Made by a program: the position numbers and the translations under genes. Shown in pieces: positions 38,649 through 47,883 of a DNA stretch of 64,000 nucleotides (position 1 is the stretch's first letter; each line of letters starts with the position of its first letter). The DNA comes from Cenarchaeum sp. (GTDB lineage: Archaea; Thermoproteota; Nitrososphaeria; Nitrososphaerales; Nitrosopumilaceae): assembly GCA_963693095.2 (NCBI GenBank), contig OY843768.1, positions 1,472,001 through 1,536,000 of the forward strand, written 5' to 3'. The notes below the pieces were generated by a model. That model did not search any database and was not told where the DNA came from. It was given only the letters and a program-made list of their open reading frames with translations.

Positions 38649-39803
38649 ATGGGGAGCGTGGGGGCGCCACAGGGCACGCAGGTCTCGATAATCATACCGA
38701 CATACAACGAGGCTCCAAACATCGTGGGCATGCTGCGCTCGATACGCGAGCACGTCTCGAGGGTCGCGCGAGTCGAGGCCATAGTGGTCGATGACGGCTC
38801 GCCAGACGGGACGGCCGGCATAGTCAGGGACTATATCCGCGGCGAGGCAAAGGTCGAGGGGTACAGCGTCGACATTGTGCAGAGGCAGCAGAAAAAGGCC
38901 GGCCTGAGCTCGGCAATACTCCACGGCGTGAGGCGCGCGGCCGGAAGCGTCATCGTCGTCATGGACAGCGACTTTTCGCACCCCCCGCACGTCATACCGA
39001 GAATGCTAGAGGCACTGCGCCAGCAGTGCGACATTGTCGTGGCCTCTAGGTACATGGGTGGTGGCGGCGTCGTGGGCTGGCCGCTGCGCCGGCGCATCGC
39101 AAGCAGGATCGCCACGGCGATTGCCAGGGTTGGCCTCGGCGTCGAGCAGTCAGACCCAATGTCCGGATTCTTTGCGTTTCGGAGCAGCGTCATGCGCGGA
39201 CTAGACCTGGATGCGATCGGCTACAAGCTTCTCCTCGAGGTTCTCGTAAAGGCCAGGGGAGCTCGCATAAAGGAGATACCATACACGTTCACCGACAGGG
39301 CCGCCGGCTCGAGCAAGCTCGGGGCGCGCACAGTCATTGACTATATGCGATCCGTGTGGAGGCTCTATCGCGGCGGCGCGCGGCGCGAGAGGCGCGCGTC
39401 AGTCAGGTTTGCCTCAAAGGCCGCGCGCTTTTACACCGTCGGCGCGCTGGGTCTTGGCGTCAACTGGCTAGTCTCCATGCTCTTTGCCGGCGGCGGCGGG
39501 CTCTGGTACATACATGCCAACATTGCCGGAATTGCCGCATCGGTAATGACAAACTTTATCCTCAACAAAAAGTGGACGTTTGAGGACGGCGACTTTGGCG
39601 TGCGCAGGACGCTCTCGCAGGGGGCTCGCTTTGCTGCAATAAGCTCGCTTGGCGCAGCCATCCAGCTCGGAGCCGTGTACATGCTAGTCGAGCAGTATGG
39701 CATGCCCCACGGTGGAGCGCTAGTCATCGCCGTGGCAGCGGCCTCGCTTGGCAACTTTGTCCTAAACAAGACGCTCACCTTTAGGGAGCGCCTGTGGTCC
39801 TAG
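38649..39803 (+). CDS. GT2 polyprenol-phosphate mannosyltransferase (DPM1-like) fused to a GtrA domain
   Basis: SIIIPTYNE, VDDGSPDGT, MDSDFSHPP, DPMSGFF and GSSK, with a C-terminal GtrA region (NFILNKKWTF). Confidence 0.92.
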   Translation: MGSVGAPQGTQVSIIIPTYNEAPNIVGMLRSIREHVSRVARVEAIVVDDGSPDGTAGIVRDYIRGEAKVEGYSVDIVQRQQKKAGLSSAILHGVRRAAGSVIVVMDSDFSHPPHVIPRMLEALRQQCDIVVASRYMGGGGVVGWPLRRRIASRIATAIARVGLGVEQSDPMSGFFAFRSSVMRGLDLDAIGYKLLLEVLVKARGARIKEIPYTFTDRAAGSSKLGARTVIDYMRSVWRLYRGGARRERRASVRFASKAARFYTVGALGLGVNWLVSMLFAGGGGLWYIHANIAGIAASVMTNFILNKKWTFEDGDFGVRRTLSQGARFAAISSLGAAIQLGAVYMLVEQYGMPHGGALVIAVAAASLGNFVLNKTLTFRERLWS

Positions 39804-40093
39804 CGTCGGCGGATGCGGCGGTACGCGCGAATGGCCAGGCGCACGACGTTATCATCATAGCCGAGCCTGTCAAACACGCGTCGCAGCACATAGAGGCGCA
39901 CAAATGATGCGGCCGCAAAGACGGCCGTGATCGCCGCGTTGGCCACGAGCGGATCCTCCTGCATCCAGCCCGTCGTGGCAGGCAGGACCGCGATGCCCAC
40001 GGCATAGCCGACCGGATAGCCCCCAAACGTGTTGACGAGAGCCTCAGAGAGGCTCTTTGAGCGCGTGTCATGCTTTGTGGAGTCCGGGCCCAT
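39800..40093 (-). CDS. Small two-TM membrane protein
   Basis: SLSEALVNTFGGY..NAAITAVF..SFVRLYVLRRVF; TATA-like element at about 40120. Confidence 0.7.
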   Translation of the reverse strand: MGPDSTKHDTRSKSLSEALVNTFGGYPVGYAVGIAVLPATTGWMQEDPLVANAAITAVFAAASFVRLYVLRRVFDRLGYDDNVVRLAIRAYRRIRRR

Positions 40094-40305
40094 GTGCGCA
40101 TCGGCGCAGGCGCCCACGCTATAAGCCTGCGCACGGCAGGGTCGCGCCTCCTGCTAGCCGGCGGCGTTTGCTGGTCAGGCGATACGTCCAATCCGGCCCA
40201 CAGTCGACACGACCCGAGCCCACGCGCAAAAACACGCGTCGGCCCTGCCGTGCATGACTCAGGTATCAAACCAGACTTATATTAGATTATCCATTCGTCT
40301 GCGGC

Positions 40306-41121
40306 ATGGCTCAGGCCGCCGTGCACGGCAACCTGCTCTCCTACAAGCTTTACACAAGGCCAAAGGCGCAGGCTTCCTATGGGCATGGACACGCAAAGAC
40401 CGTGCGGCAGCTCAACGCGCAGCACATACTCGGCGTCCTAGCCGAGAATGGCGCGTGCTCGACATGGGAGATGGCCAAGGTGAGGATGCCAAACGACCTC
40501 GAGGGCACCAGGGAGAAGGAGAAGGACTTTCGGCGCATCATTGGCGGGAGGCGCGATCGCGGAAGGCACTCACCAGGCATGGCCGAGTCGGGCCTCATCA
40601 CAGGCGAGCTCGCCGGCAGCTCGAGAAAGTACCGCCTCACGCCCCACGGCATGCTCTACTGCATCGACTCGCTGCACATGAGCGACACGCAGATCGACAG
40701 GATGGCCGCCGCGTATGGCAGCGTGCTTCCGAGGGTCTTTGGGCGATGGGAACACCTCAAGGAGACGCTCGGCGATGGCGCGTATAGGATACGCACCCTT
40801 GCGTGCGGCCTCCTTTTGGACAATCCGGCGATTCAGCGTGATGCGACTAGCCCGATATACGAGCTAATGTCATACATACAGCTAAAGTACCATCGTAGCT
40901 TTGAGGTGATGCGCGAGGAGAGTCTAGCCGAACAGATGGCGTACTGGTACTATACGTGCATCCTGTACGACTCGGCGCCGAGCGCAAAGCGCGCAAGTAA
41001 ACGCCTGCGCATGCTGCGCGAGGCACTCGGTGACATGCATGTGTGGTACTCGGAGTTTGTAAAGGAGGCCGACGAGCACTATCGCCAGAGGGCGCATGCG
41101 ATAGGCGCGGCCGGAATATAG
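40306..41121 (+). CDS. Hypothetical protein with N-terminal wHTH-like region
   Basis: Long ORF with TATA about 25 nt upstream; STWEMAK and KYRLTPHG wing-like motif. Confidence 0.7.
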   Translation: MAQAAVHGNLLSYKLYTRPKAQASYGHGHAKTVRQLNAQHILGVLAENGACSTWEMAKVRMPNDLEGTREKEKDFRRIIGGRRDRGRHSPGMAESGLITGELAGSSRKYRLTPHGMLYCIDSLHMSDTQIDRMAAAYGSVLPRVFGRWEHLKETLGDGAYRIRTLACGLLLDNPAIQRDATSPIYELMSYIQLKYHRSFEVMREESLAEQMAYWYYTCILYDSAPSAKRASKRLRMLREALGDMHVWYSEFVKEADEHYRQRAHAIGAAGI

Positions 41122-41123
41122 CA

Positions 41124-41486
41124 TCAGCGCGCGTGCTTTGCTATCGCCGACTCTAGATCCTTTAGGAGGAGCGGTTTGTTGAGGAGCGCGCAGAGTCCCT
41201 GCGACTGGACGCTCTTGTAGCGTTCACCGTCTAGCGCATAGCTTGACGTGAACACGACGCGCGCATCAGAGTCCTCTTTGCGTATTCGCTCAAAGGCCTC
41301 ATAGCCGTCAATTCCGGGCATCTTTATGTCGAGGAACGTGATGTCAGGTGCCTCCTCGCGGTGCATCTCGACGGCATTGTTCCCGTCTGTGGCCGTGAGG
41401 ACATTATACCCGCAGTCCATGAGCATGAGCTGCGAGGACTCCAAAAAGTCAGCATCATCGTCTACAAAGAGTATCTTTTTGGACAT
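41124..41486 (-). CDS. Stand-alone response regulator receiver (CheY-like)
   Basis: ILFVDDD, PDITFLDIKMPGIDG, VFTS and KP motifs. Confidence 0.92.
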   Translation of the reverse strand: MSKKILFVDDDADFLESSQLMLMDCGYNVLTATDGNNAVEMHREEAPDITFLDIKMPGIDGYEAFERIRKEDSDARVVFTSSYALDGERYKSVQSQGLCALLNKPLLLKDLESAIAKHAR

Positions 41487-41708
41487 CGTGACCGTCCACG
41501 GCTGCAGGCGCGGCGCGTTAAGTGTGTTGCGCAGGCGGGCAGTGCATGATGCCGGGAGGCCGGCGATCCCCGGCGGCAGGGACACGCGTGCGCCACGTTT
41601 GGCGCTGCGCGCGGCTAGGGCGGCTCGGCCACCACTGCTAGACGGGCACAGGCCATTATGCTAGCGCGCTATTCAGCTTAAATAAACCCGTGAGCGCAGC
41701 GGCGCGCG

Positions 41709-42716
41709 ATGCCCTCTACGGTGATAGTCGGAGGATTTTATGGCGATGAGGGCAAGGGCAAGCTCGTCTCGTACCTAGCCACGCACGACTCGCCGTCGCT
41801 CATCGTGAGGGGCGGGGCCGGCCCCAATGCGGGCCATACGATAATCGACAGGGGCAAGACGTGCAAGGTTCGCATGATCCCGTGCGGCTTTGTCAACAGG
41901 GAGACGCGCCTCGGGATAGGCCCCGGCGTGGTAGTCGACCCTGACATCCTCCTGCGCGAGGTTGGCGAGTTTGGCGCCGAGGGCAGGGTCGTCGTGGACT
42001 CGCGATGCGGCGTGATCGACGCGTCGCACCGCGAGGCCGACGCCGGAGGCCATCTGGCCGGCAAGATAGGGAGCACGGGGTCAGGAACCGGACCGGCCAA
42101 CGCCGAGCGCGCAATGCGCACGCTGCGCCTGGCGCGCGATGAGCCCCGCCTAGAGGGCATCACCGGCGACGTTCCACTAGAGCTCAACTCGGCGCTCGAT
42201 GAGGGCAAAGACGTCCTCGTCGAGGGCACGCAGGGGACGTTCCTCTCGCTCTGGCACGGGACATACCCCTATGTCACCTCAAAGGACGTCACGGCCGCCG
42301 GCATATGCGCCGATGTGGGCCTCGGGCCGAGGCGCGTGGATGAGGTCATCGTCGCCTTCAAGGCGTACGTCACGCGCGTGGGAACCGGACCCCTCGAGGG
42401 CGAGCTTGGAGTCGAGGAGGCAAAGTCACGCGGGTGGGCCGAGTTTGGCGCAGTCACGGGCAGGCCGCGCAGGGCCGCCGAGTTTGACCATGCGCTAGCT
42501 AGGCGTGCAGTCATGCTCAACGGCGCCACGCAGCTTGCCATCACAAAGCTCGACGTCGTCTTCCCCGAGTGCGCAGGCGTGAGCTCGTGGGACGGCCTCG
42601 CGCCCGAGGCACGCGCGTTCGTCGAGGGAATCGAGTCCTCCCTAGGCGTGCGCGTCACGCTCATGGGCACTGGTCCGGGCGCAGACGACATAGTTGACCG
42701 CAGGGCCCACGCCTAA
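41709..42716 (+). CDS. purA: Adenylosuccinate synthetase (short archaeal form)
   Basis: GDEGKGK, NAGHT, GSTGSGTGP, EGTQG, YPYVTS, TRVG.GP and TKLDV. Confidence 0.96.
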   Translation: MPSTVIVGGFYGDEGKGKLVSYLATHDSPSLIVRGGAGPNAGHTIIDRGKTCKVRMIPCGFVNRETRLGIGPGVVVDPDILLREVGEFGAEGRVVVDSRCGVIDASHREADAGGHLAGKIGSTGSGTGPANAERAMRTLRLARDEPRLEGITGDVPLELNSALDEGKDVLVEGTQGTFLSLWHGTYPYVTSKDVTAAGICADVGLGPRRVDEVIVAFKAYVTRVGTGPLEGELGVEEAKSRGWAEFGAVTGRPRRAAEFDHALARRAVMLNGATQLAITKLDVVFPECAGVSSWDGLAPEARAFVEGIESSLGVRVTLMGTGPGADDIVDRRAHA

Positions 42717-42756
42717 TAGGGTAGGTTTAATTTGTCGCAATCTGCCATGCGCGCGC

Positions 42757-43440
42757 ATGGCCACAACGGCGAATGAAGCGGACACAAAGCCACGCTATAT
42801 CGAGGTCAGCTCGCACCTCGAGTTCTCACGCATGGTCTGCGCACTAGAGCGCATGCCGCGAACCGTCTTTATGCACGAGCATGACGGCACGCAGGTTCTC
42901 TCTGTCCAGATGGACATACTCAACGAAAAGCCCGTCATATACTATGTGCAGGCCGACAGGGGCGGCCAGTATATCTCGTACAGCATACGCGGCAACCGCG
43001 AGGAGGCGGCCATGACGGACTCGGTCAGCGAGACTGGGCGCATTTACTCGCCCATAGTCGGCATAAAGTCGCTCCCAAGCAGCCTTCGCGCCGGCAACGG
43101 GACTGCGGACAAGTACTTTCCGCTCGAGCTAGACAACCTGTCTAGCCTCGCAAAGCTGAGCTATGGCTTTGAGGACACGCCATTTCCGCTCTTTGCGTTT
43201 CCGGCCAACGGCAAGTGGCTAGTCGGCGTGTTCATGAACTTTAACGAGGACGGCCCGTCGTACTTTTGCCATGTGGCCATGGACTCCGAGCCGGCAAAGC
43301 CCTTCCTAAAGTACGCGACGTCCAACGGCTCAAAGCCCGAGCTCGTCGATGCGCCAAGTGACCACGGCTACTCGTACATCAAGATAATACGCCTAAAGGA
43401 GACGCACCCGCTAGTCGACTATGCGCAGCTTCAAAACTAG
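42757..43440 (+). CDS. Conserved hypothetical protein
   Basis: Host-like codon usage, in operon with pyrF. No recognised motif. Confidence 0.7.
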   Translation: MATTANEADTKPRYIEVSSHLEFSRMVCALERMPRTVFMHEHDGTQVLSVQMDILNEKPVIYYVQADRGGQYISYSIRGNREEAAMTDSVSETGRIYSPIVGIKSLPSSLRAGNGTADKYFPLELDNLSSLAKLSYGFEDTPFPLFAFPANGKWLVGVFMNFNEDGPSYFCHVAMDSEPAKPFLKYATSNGSKPELVDAPSDHGYSYIKIIRLKETHPLVDYAQLQN

Positions 43441-44152
43441 GATGCGCGAGGCCGCGCGTGCGGCCGGTCCCCTCGTCCTTGCAGCAGATATTGCCGGTTC
43501 GCCCTCGCGAACCGCTGCGCGCATACAGGCCGCAACAAGGCGCGTTGAGGGCAGCGCGTGCGCGATAAAGCTAAACATGCACGCGCTCCTCCCGCTAGGC
43601 GCAGCCGAGATTCGCGACATTGCGCGAACTGCCCACTCGCTAGGCATGCAGGCAATAGCAGACATAAAGCTCAACGACATTCCTGCCACAAACGAGGCCG
43701 CAGCATCTGCGCTGTGGTCCATGGGCATCGACGCGCTGATCGCAAACCCCGTCATGGGTCCGGCGAGCCTCGCGGCCCTTGCGCGCGCGGCGAGGCGAGG
43801 GGGGCACGGCGTCATTGCGCTGGGCCACATGAGCGCCCCGGAGGCGCGCGCGACGTACGAGACGCGCATCTCGCCCTCACGGCGCCTATATCACAACTTT
43901 GTGCGCAGCGCTGCGCGCGCAGGCGTCGACGGGATCGTCGTTGGCGCGACATATCCGCGGATAATATCCGAGTGCGCGCGCATTGCTCGCGGCGTGCCGA
44001 TATACTCCCCCGGCATCGGGGCCCAGGGCGGCAGCGCGCAGCGCGCGGCGTCTGCTGGCACGGACTATTTCATCGTGGGCCGCTCAATCCTGCGGGCGCG
44101 TGACGCGCGAGCCGAGGCCGCCCGTGTCTGCGCCCTCGTCACCGCAGAGTAG
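43421..44152 (+). CDS. pyrF: Orotidine 5'-phosphate decarboxylase
   Basis: LAAD, DIKLNDIPAT, VVGAT, PGIGAQGG and IVGRSI. Confidence 0.93.
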   Translation: MRSFKTRMREAARAAGPLVLAADIAGSPSRTAARIQAATRRVEGSACAIKLNMHALLPLGAAEIRDIARTAHSLGMQAIADIKLNDIPATNEAAASALWSMGIDALIANPVMGPASLAALARAARRGGHGVIALGHMSAPEARATYETRISPSRRLYHNFVRSAARAGVDGIVVGATYPRIISECARIARGVPIYSPGIGAQGGSAQRAASAGTDYFIVGRSILRARDARAEAARVCALVTAE

Positions 44153-44554
44153 GCGGTTTGCGGCCTCAAGGACGCCTCGTGCGTTCTCGTACGTTAGCGT
44201 GTCCATCGCCTGCTCGTACCCTTCCCACACGTGTGCCCTGTGCTCGTGCGAGAGGCGCACGCGCGTGGTGTTCGTGCGCGCAAGATAGAACGAGACACTC
44301 TTGCGTATAAAGACGCCCTCGTGAACAAAGTTGTAGCGTATCTCCCTTTGAAACCCCTCAACGAACTCGATGTCCGATATTCCCGTCTCCTCGAGCGTCT
44401 CGCGCACGACGGTCTGGCGATCGTCCTCACCGGCCTCAATCTTGCCCTTGACAAAGTCCCAGTGGTTTGTTGGATATAGAAGGAGCAAAAAGCGGCGCTC
44501 ATCGCCGTCCCCCGTGAATATTACCGCACCTGCTGACCTTTGCGTGATTCCCAT
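44084..44554 (-). CDS. NUDIX hydrolase (Ap4A hydrolase-like)
   Basis: SAGAVI, HWDFVKG.IE.GE..RETLEETG Nudix box, and LSHEH. Confidence 0.92.
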   Translation of the reverse strand: MGITQRSAGAVIFTGDGDERRFLLLLYPTNHWDFVKGKIEAGEDDRQTVVRETLEETGISDIEFVEGFQREIRYNFVHEGVFIRKSVSFYLARTNTTRVRLSHEHRAHVWEGYEQAMDTLTYENARGVLEAANRLLCGDEGADTGGLGSRVTRPQD

Positions 44555-44557
44555 ATC

Positions 44558-45346
44558 CTATCGGCCCCCGCGGCGCTCGCGGCTCTGAAATGTCCGTATC
44601 GCGCGCATCAGGTCTATCTTGCGAAACTCGGGCCAGAGTATGTCCATAAAGACGAGCTCGCTGTATGCGCTCTGCCATAAGAGAAAGCCGCTAAGCCTGC
44701 GCTCGCCGGATGTGCGAAGGACGAGATCCGGCGCTGACTGCGGGAGGTGTGACGTGTAGAGGTTTGACTCAATGACAGACTTGTCGATCGATGACGCATC
44801 AACGCTTCCGTCATCCACCCCACGCGCTATCTTTTTGACCGCATCGACGAGCTCGTCCTGGCCACCGTACGCTAGTGCGATGTTGAGAAAGCGCCGGTCG
44901 TATCCGCGCGTGGCCTCCTCGAGCGCGTCGAGCGTGCGCGTGATCGACTTGGGCAAGAGGTCGAGCCTGCCCATTCCCGTGACGCGCATGCGGCGCCGGT
45001 GAAGGCGCGAGTCGGCAAGGAGCTTTTCCAGGCGAGCCCCAATCAGGGCAAAGAGCCCGTCGACCTCCGAGTCGCCGCGGTCGAGGTTCTCAACAGAGAG
45101 CGCATAGAGCGTGATTATGCGGATGCCGAGCTCCTCGCACCAGTCAAGGAGGCGCTCGACTGCGTCGGCTCCCATGCCGTGCGCATCATCGGTGCGCGCA
45201 TTTTTGCCCCTGGCCCATCGCCGGTTGCCGTCAAGTATGAGCGCAATGTGGCCGGGCATCGGCCTTTGGCCAATCTCGCGCTCAAGCCGTCGCGAGTACA
45301 GTCCGTACAGGCCTCCGGCTCGCAGGAGCACATCCCTTAATGTCAA
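44558..45346 (-). CDS. uppS: cis-Polyprenyl (undecaprenyl) diphosphate synthase
   Basis: HIALILDGNRRWA, YALSVENL, YGG.DE, RTSGERRLSGFLLWQ and WPEF. Confidence 0.95.
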   Translation of the reverse strand: MTLRDVLLRAGGLYGLYSRRLEREIGQRPMPGHIALILDGNRRWARGKNARTDDAHGMGADAVERLLDWCEELGIRIITLYALSVENLDRGDSEVDGLFALIGARLEKLLADSRLHRRRMRVTGMGRLDLLPKSITRTLDALEEATRGYDRRFLNIALAYGGQDELVDAVKKIARGVDDGSVDASSIDKSVIESNLYTSHLPQSAPDLVLRTSGERRLSGFLLWQSAYSELVFMDILWPEFRKIDLMRAIRTFQSRERRGGR

Positions 45347-45674
45347 CGCGTGCGCGCATGGGCCGCAGTATTATGTGCCTTTGCGGCGACCGGTGGGCGC
45401 CCGTAAAGCCGACAGGGCCGCCCCTGTAGGGCACAGGCTCCCCTGGCATGCCCTGGGCATGGATTTCAGGGGCAGCCCTAGAGCCGACGTCGATGCGGCA
45501 ATTTGCAGGTGAGCTCTCCCGGCTGACTATGACGTGTGGGGCATTTGCCCACACGTGCCCCGCGATACTGACGACCCGATTGTCCGGATGACAGTCCCCA
45601 CGTTCAGGAAACTAGGGCCACACGTGCCCCATGGGCAGCTATTGTAATATTAGAGACAGGGCACGGGCTGTCCA

Positions 45675-46496
45675 ATGACAGCAGCAGACATGCAAAGAGC
45701 ACGTCAGCGAGGATTGTCAGGCATGAAAAGGCCGATTGAAACAAACAGTATCCATCATGGTGATTGCATAGAGGTAATGAAGGCCATCCCTGATGAGACA
45801 ATAGGCACAATAGTCACATCACCCCCATACAACATAAAAAATTCCACAGGGAATGGGCTAAAAAACCCCAACGGCGGCAAGTGGCCCAATGCCGCACTTC
45901 AAAACGGGTATGTGGAGCACAGCGATTCCATGTCACATCAGGAATATGTGAGATGGCAGCGTGAGTGCATCTCTGAGATGATGCGCATTTTAAGGCAGGA
46001 CGGGGTGATCTTTTACAACCACAAGTGGCGCGTGCAGAATGGAATAATGCAAGATCGAGAGGAGATCATAAGGGATTTTCCAGTCAGGCAGATAATAATT
46101 TGGCAAAGGGACGGAGGAATAAACTTCAATCCAGGGTATTTTTTGCCCACGTATGAGGTGATCTATATGATCACAAAACCAAAGTTCAAGCTGGTGCCCA
46201 AGGCAAACAAAATTGGAGATGTGTGGAGAATATCCCAAGAGAGGAACAATCCCCACCCTGCGCCATTTCCAGTACAGTTGGCTAAAAATTGCATACTTGC
46301 CACGGACAATGGAATTGTGATGGATCCATTTTTGGGATCAGGAACTACGGCCATTGCGGCAAAAATATGCGACCGTGAGTGGATTGGAGTGGAGCAATCA
46401 AGAGAGTATTGCACGCTAGCGAAACGGAGAATTGAGGAGACATCAACCATAAAGCAGGCAACGCCCAAAAAAATCAACATAATCACCTCGAGCTAG
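45675..46496 (+). CDS. Second orphan DNA methyltransferase (beta class, SPPY), lower GC than host
   Basis: IVTSPPY, HPAPFP and VMDPFLGSGTT motifs. Visibly AT-richer codons. TAATATTA about 25 nt before ATG 45675 (alternative start 45723). Confidence 0.93.
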   Translation: MTAADMQRARQRGLSGMKRPIETNSIHHGDCIEVMKAIPDETIGTIVTSPPYNIKNSTGNGLKNPNGGKWPNAALQNGYVEHSDSMSHQEYVRWQRECISEMMRILRQDGVIFYNHKWRVQNGIMQDREEIIRDFPVRQIIIWQRDGGINFNPGYFLPTYEVIYMITKPKFKLVPKANKIGDVWRISQERNNPHPAPFPVQLAKNCILATDNGIVMDPFLGSGTTAIAAKICDREWIGVEQSREYCTLAKRRIEETSTIKQATPKKINIITSS

Positions 46497-46667
46497 CGGC
46501 GCATGCGAGCACCAGAGCCCGGACACGGACCTGCCGCCGCCACGCCTGCCCAGATGGAGCCGAATCACATGACCCCATAGGCCGTGCCCACGGGGCTCCC
46601 CGACTCTGCTGAACAGCCGCGATGCCCCGGTCCGGGGCAGGACGCCCCTGTGCGCCAGGGACCCACA

Positions 46668-47813
46668 CTATGCGCTCTCGGCGGCGCCCTCGACCCCGTC
46701 GTCGTGCTGCCGCTTGTAGCGCCTAAAGAGCACAAAGGCCGCAGCCAGCGTGACGCCCAGGCCGGCGAGCAGCGGGGGGACGAGCGTAAACTCGCTCTCG
46801 CCGTTGGCAAGTATGCTCGTAAACTGGGCCAGTGTAGGATAGATTGCGATGAGGGCGATGATCCGCAAGATGTCGCCGATCTCGTGGCGTGCGCCGGCAA
46901 AGAGGTGGCTGAGCATCATGCCGCCGAGCATGACTCCGATCCCTATCCAGAGTATCGGCAGCGCGCCGGCCATGAACTGCCCCGCCGAGACGCGATCCAC
47001 TATAATGCTGCCAATCTCGGCACCCTCGACCGGACCCACAGTCGATATGCCCGCCGGAATCGAGGCGATCATCAGGACTATGCCGGTGACCATCGTGAAC
47101 AGCCGCACGAGCGCTGCAGGTTCGGGCTTTGTCCAGTTGATCCACGCCTTGTCGATGTCAAACGCGCGCGTTATCAGCGCGCCGGCGAGTATGATGACGA
47201 GAACCGAGACTATCTCCGTGGCGTATCCGAGAACAGTCGCGATGCCCCCTATGAGGAGGAGCACGCCGGGCACGCCAAGAAAGAACTTTGAGTAGCGCGC
47301 GTCATACATTACCATCTTTAGGTACTTGCCAAACACGGCGTACGAGTGCTCGATCGTGTGGCTCACCTTCATCACGACGCGCTGCACGGACACTACGGGC
47401 ACGAGGTTCTGTATTACCGGAATGACGGCCTCGTCGTCCTCCCCGTCAGAGACGATTACGGCGCCCGTTGCCGAGAACTTTTCTAGAACGGCGCGAGTCT
47501 CGGCGACTATCTTTTCATCAGCACGCATGCCGCGCCGGTTCTCACCGGCAATGACTGTGACCTCGGCACTGTACCCGCGACTCACGAGATCCTCGTATGA
47601 CTTTATCGCCGAAAAGATCGCATTAGAGTCAGCATCCTCGGGATCCTCGAGCGCAAGGCGCTGTGCGGCCTCTAGGCACGCGTTGCGGCCCACGACGGGC
47701 GTCTCGATTCCGGCCTTGTCGCCGATGTCATTGTCACGATCGACGCAGATGACGAGTATCCTGCTCGACTCTGAGGCGCCCATCTTGCGCATCTTGCCTA
47801 TCTCCTGGGCCAT
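46668..47813 (-). CDS. DUF373 family membrane protein
   Basis: LVICVDRDNDIG.K, DPEDADSNAIF and VSDGEDDE..PVI, followed by TM helices. Confidence 0.88.
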   Translation of the reverse strand: MAQEIGKMRKMGASESSRILVICVDRDNDIGDKAGIETPVVGRNACLEAAQRLALEDPEDADSNAIFSAIKSYEDLVSRGYSAEVTVIAGENRRGMRADEKIVAETRAVLEKFSATGAVIVSDGEDDEAVIPVIQNLVPVVSVQRVVMKVSHTIEHSYAVFGKYLKMVMYDARYSKFFLGVPGVLLLIGGIATVLGYATEIVSVLVIILAGALITRAFDIDKAWINWTKPEPAALVRLFTMVTGIVLMIASIPAGISTVGPVEGAEIGSIIVDRVSAGQFMAGALPILWIGIGVMLGGMMLSHLFAGARHEIGDILRIIALIAIYPTLAQFTSILANGESEFTLVPPLLAGLGVTLAAAFVLFRRYKRQHDDGVEGAAESA

Positions 47814-47883
47814 GCGGGGCATTGACCGTATCGCCTTATAATAATTCGCACCCGTTGCCGTGGGGGACACGTGGTTTTTGGCC

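Noticed and set aside
41124-41486. Orphan receiver protein as a novel signalling system
   Set aside because: Stand-alone receivers are common in this lineage and nothing else here is distinctive.
44084-44152. 69-nt convergent overlap of NUDIX and pyrF
   Set aside because: Likely simple stop-codon drift giving a non-conserved tail, common in compact genomes.
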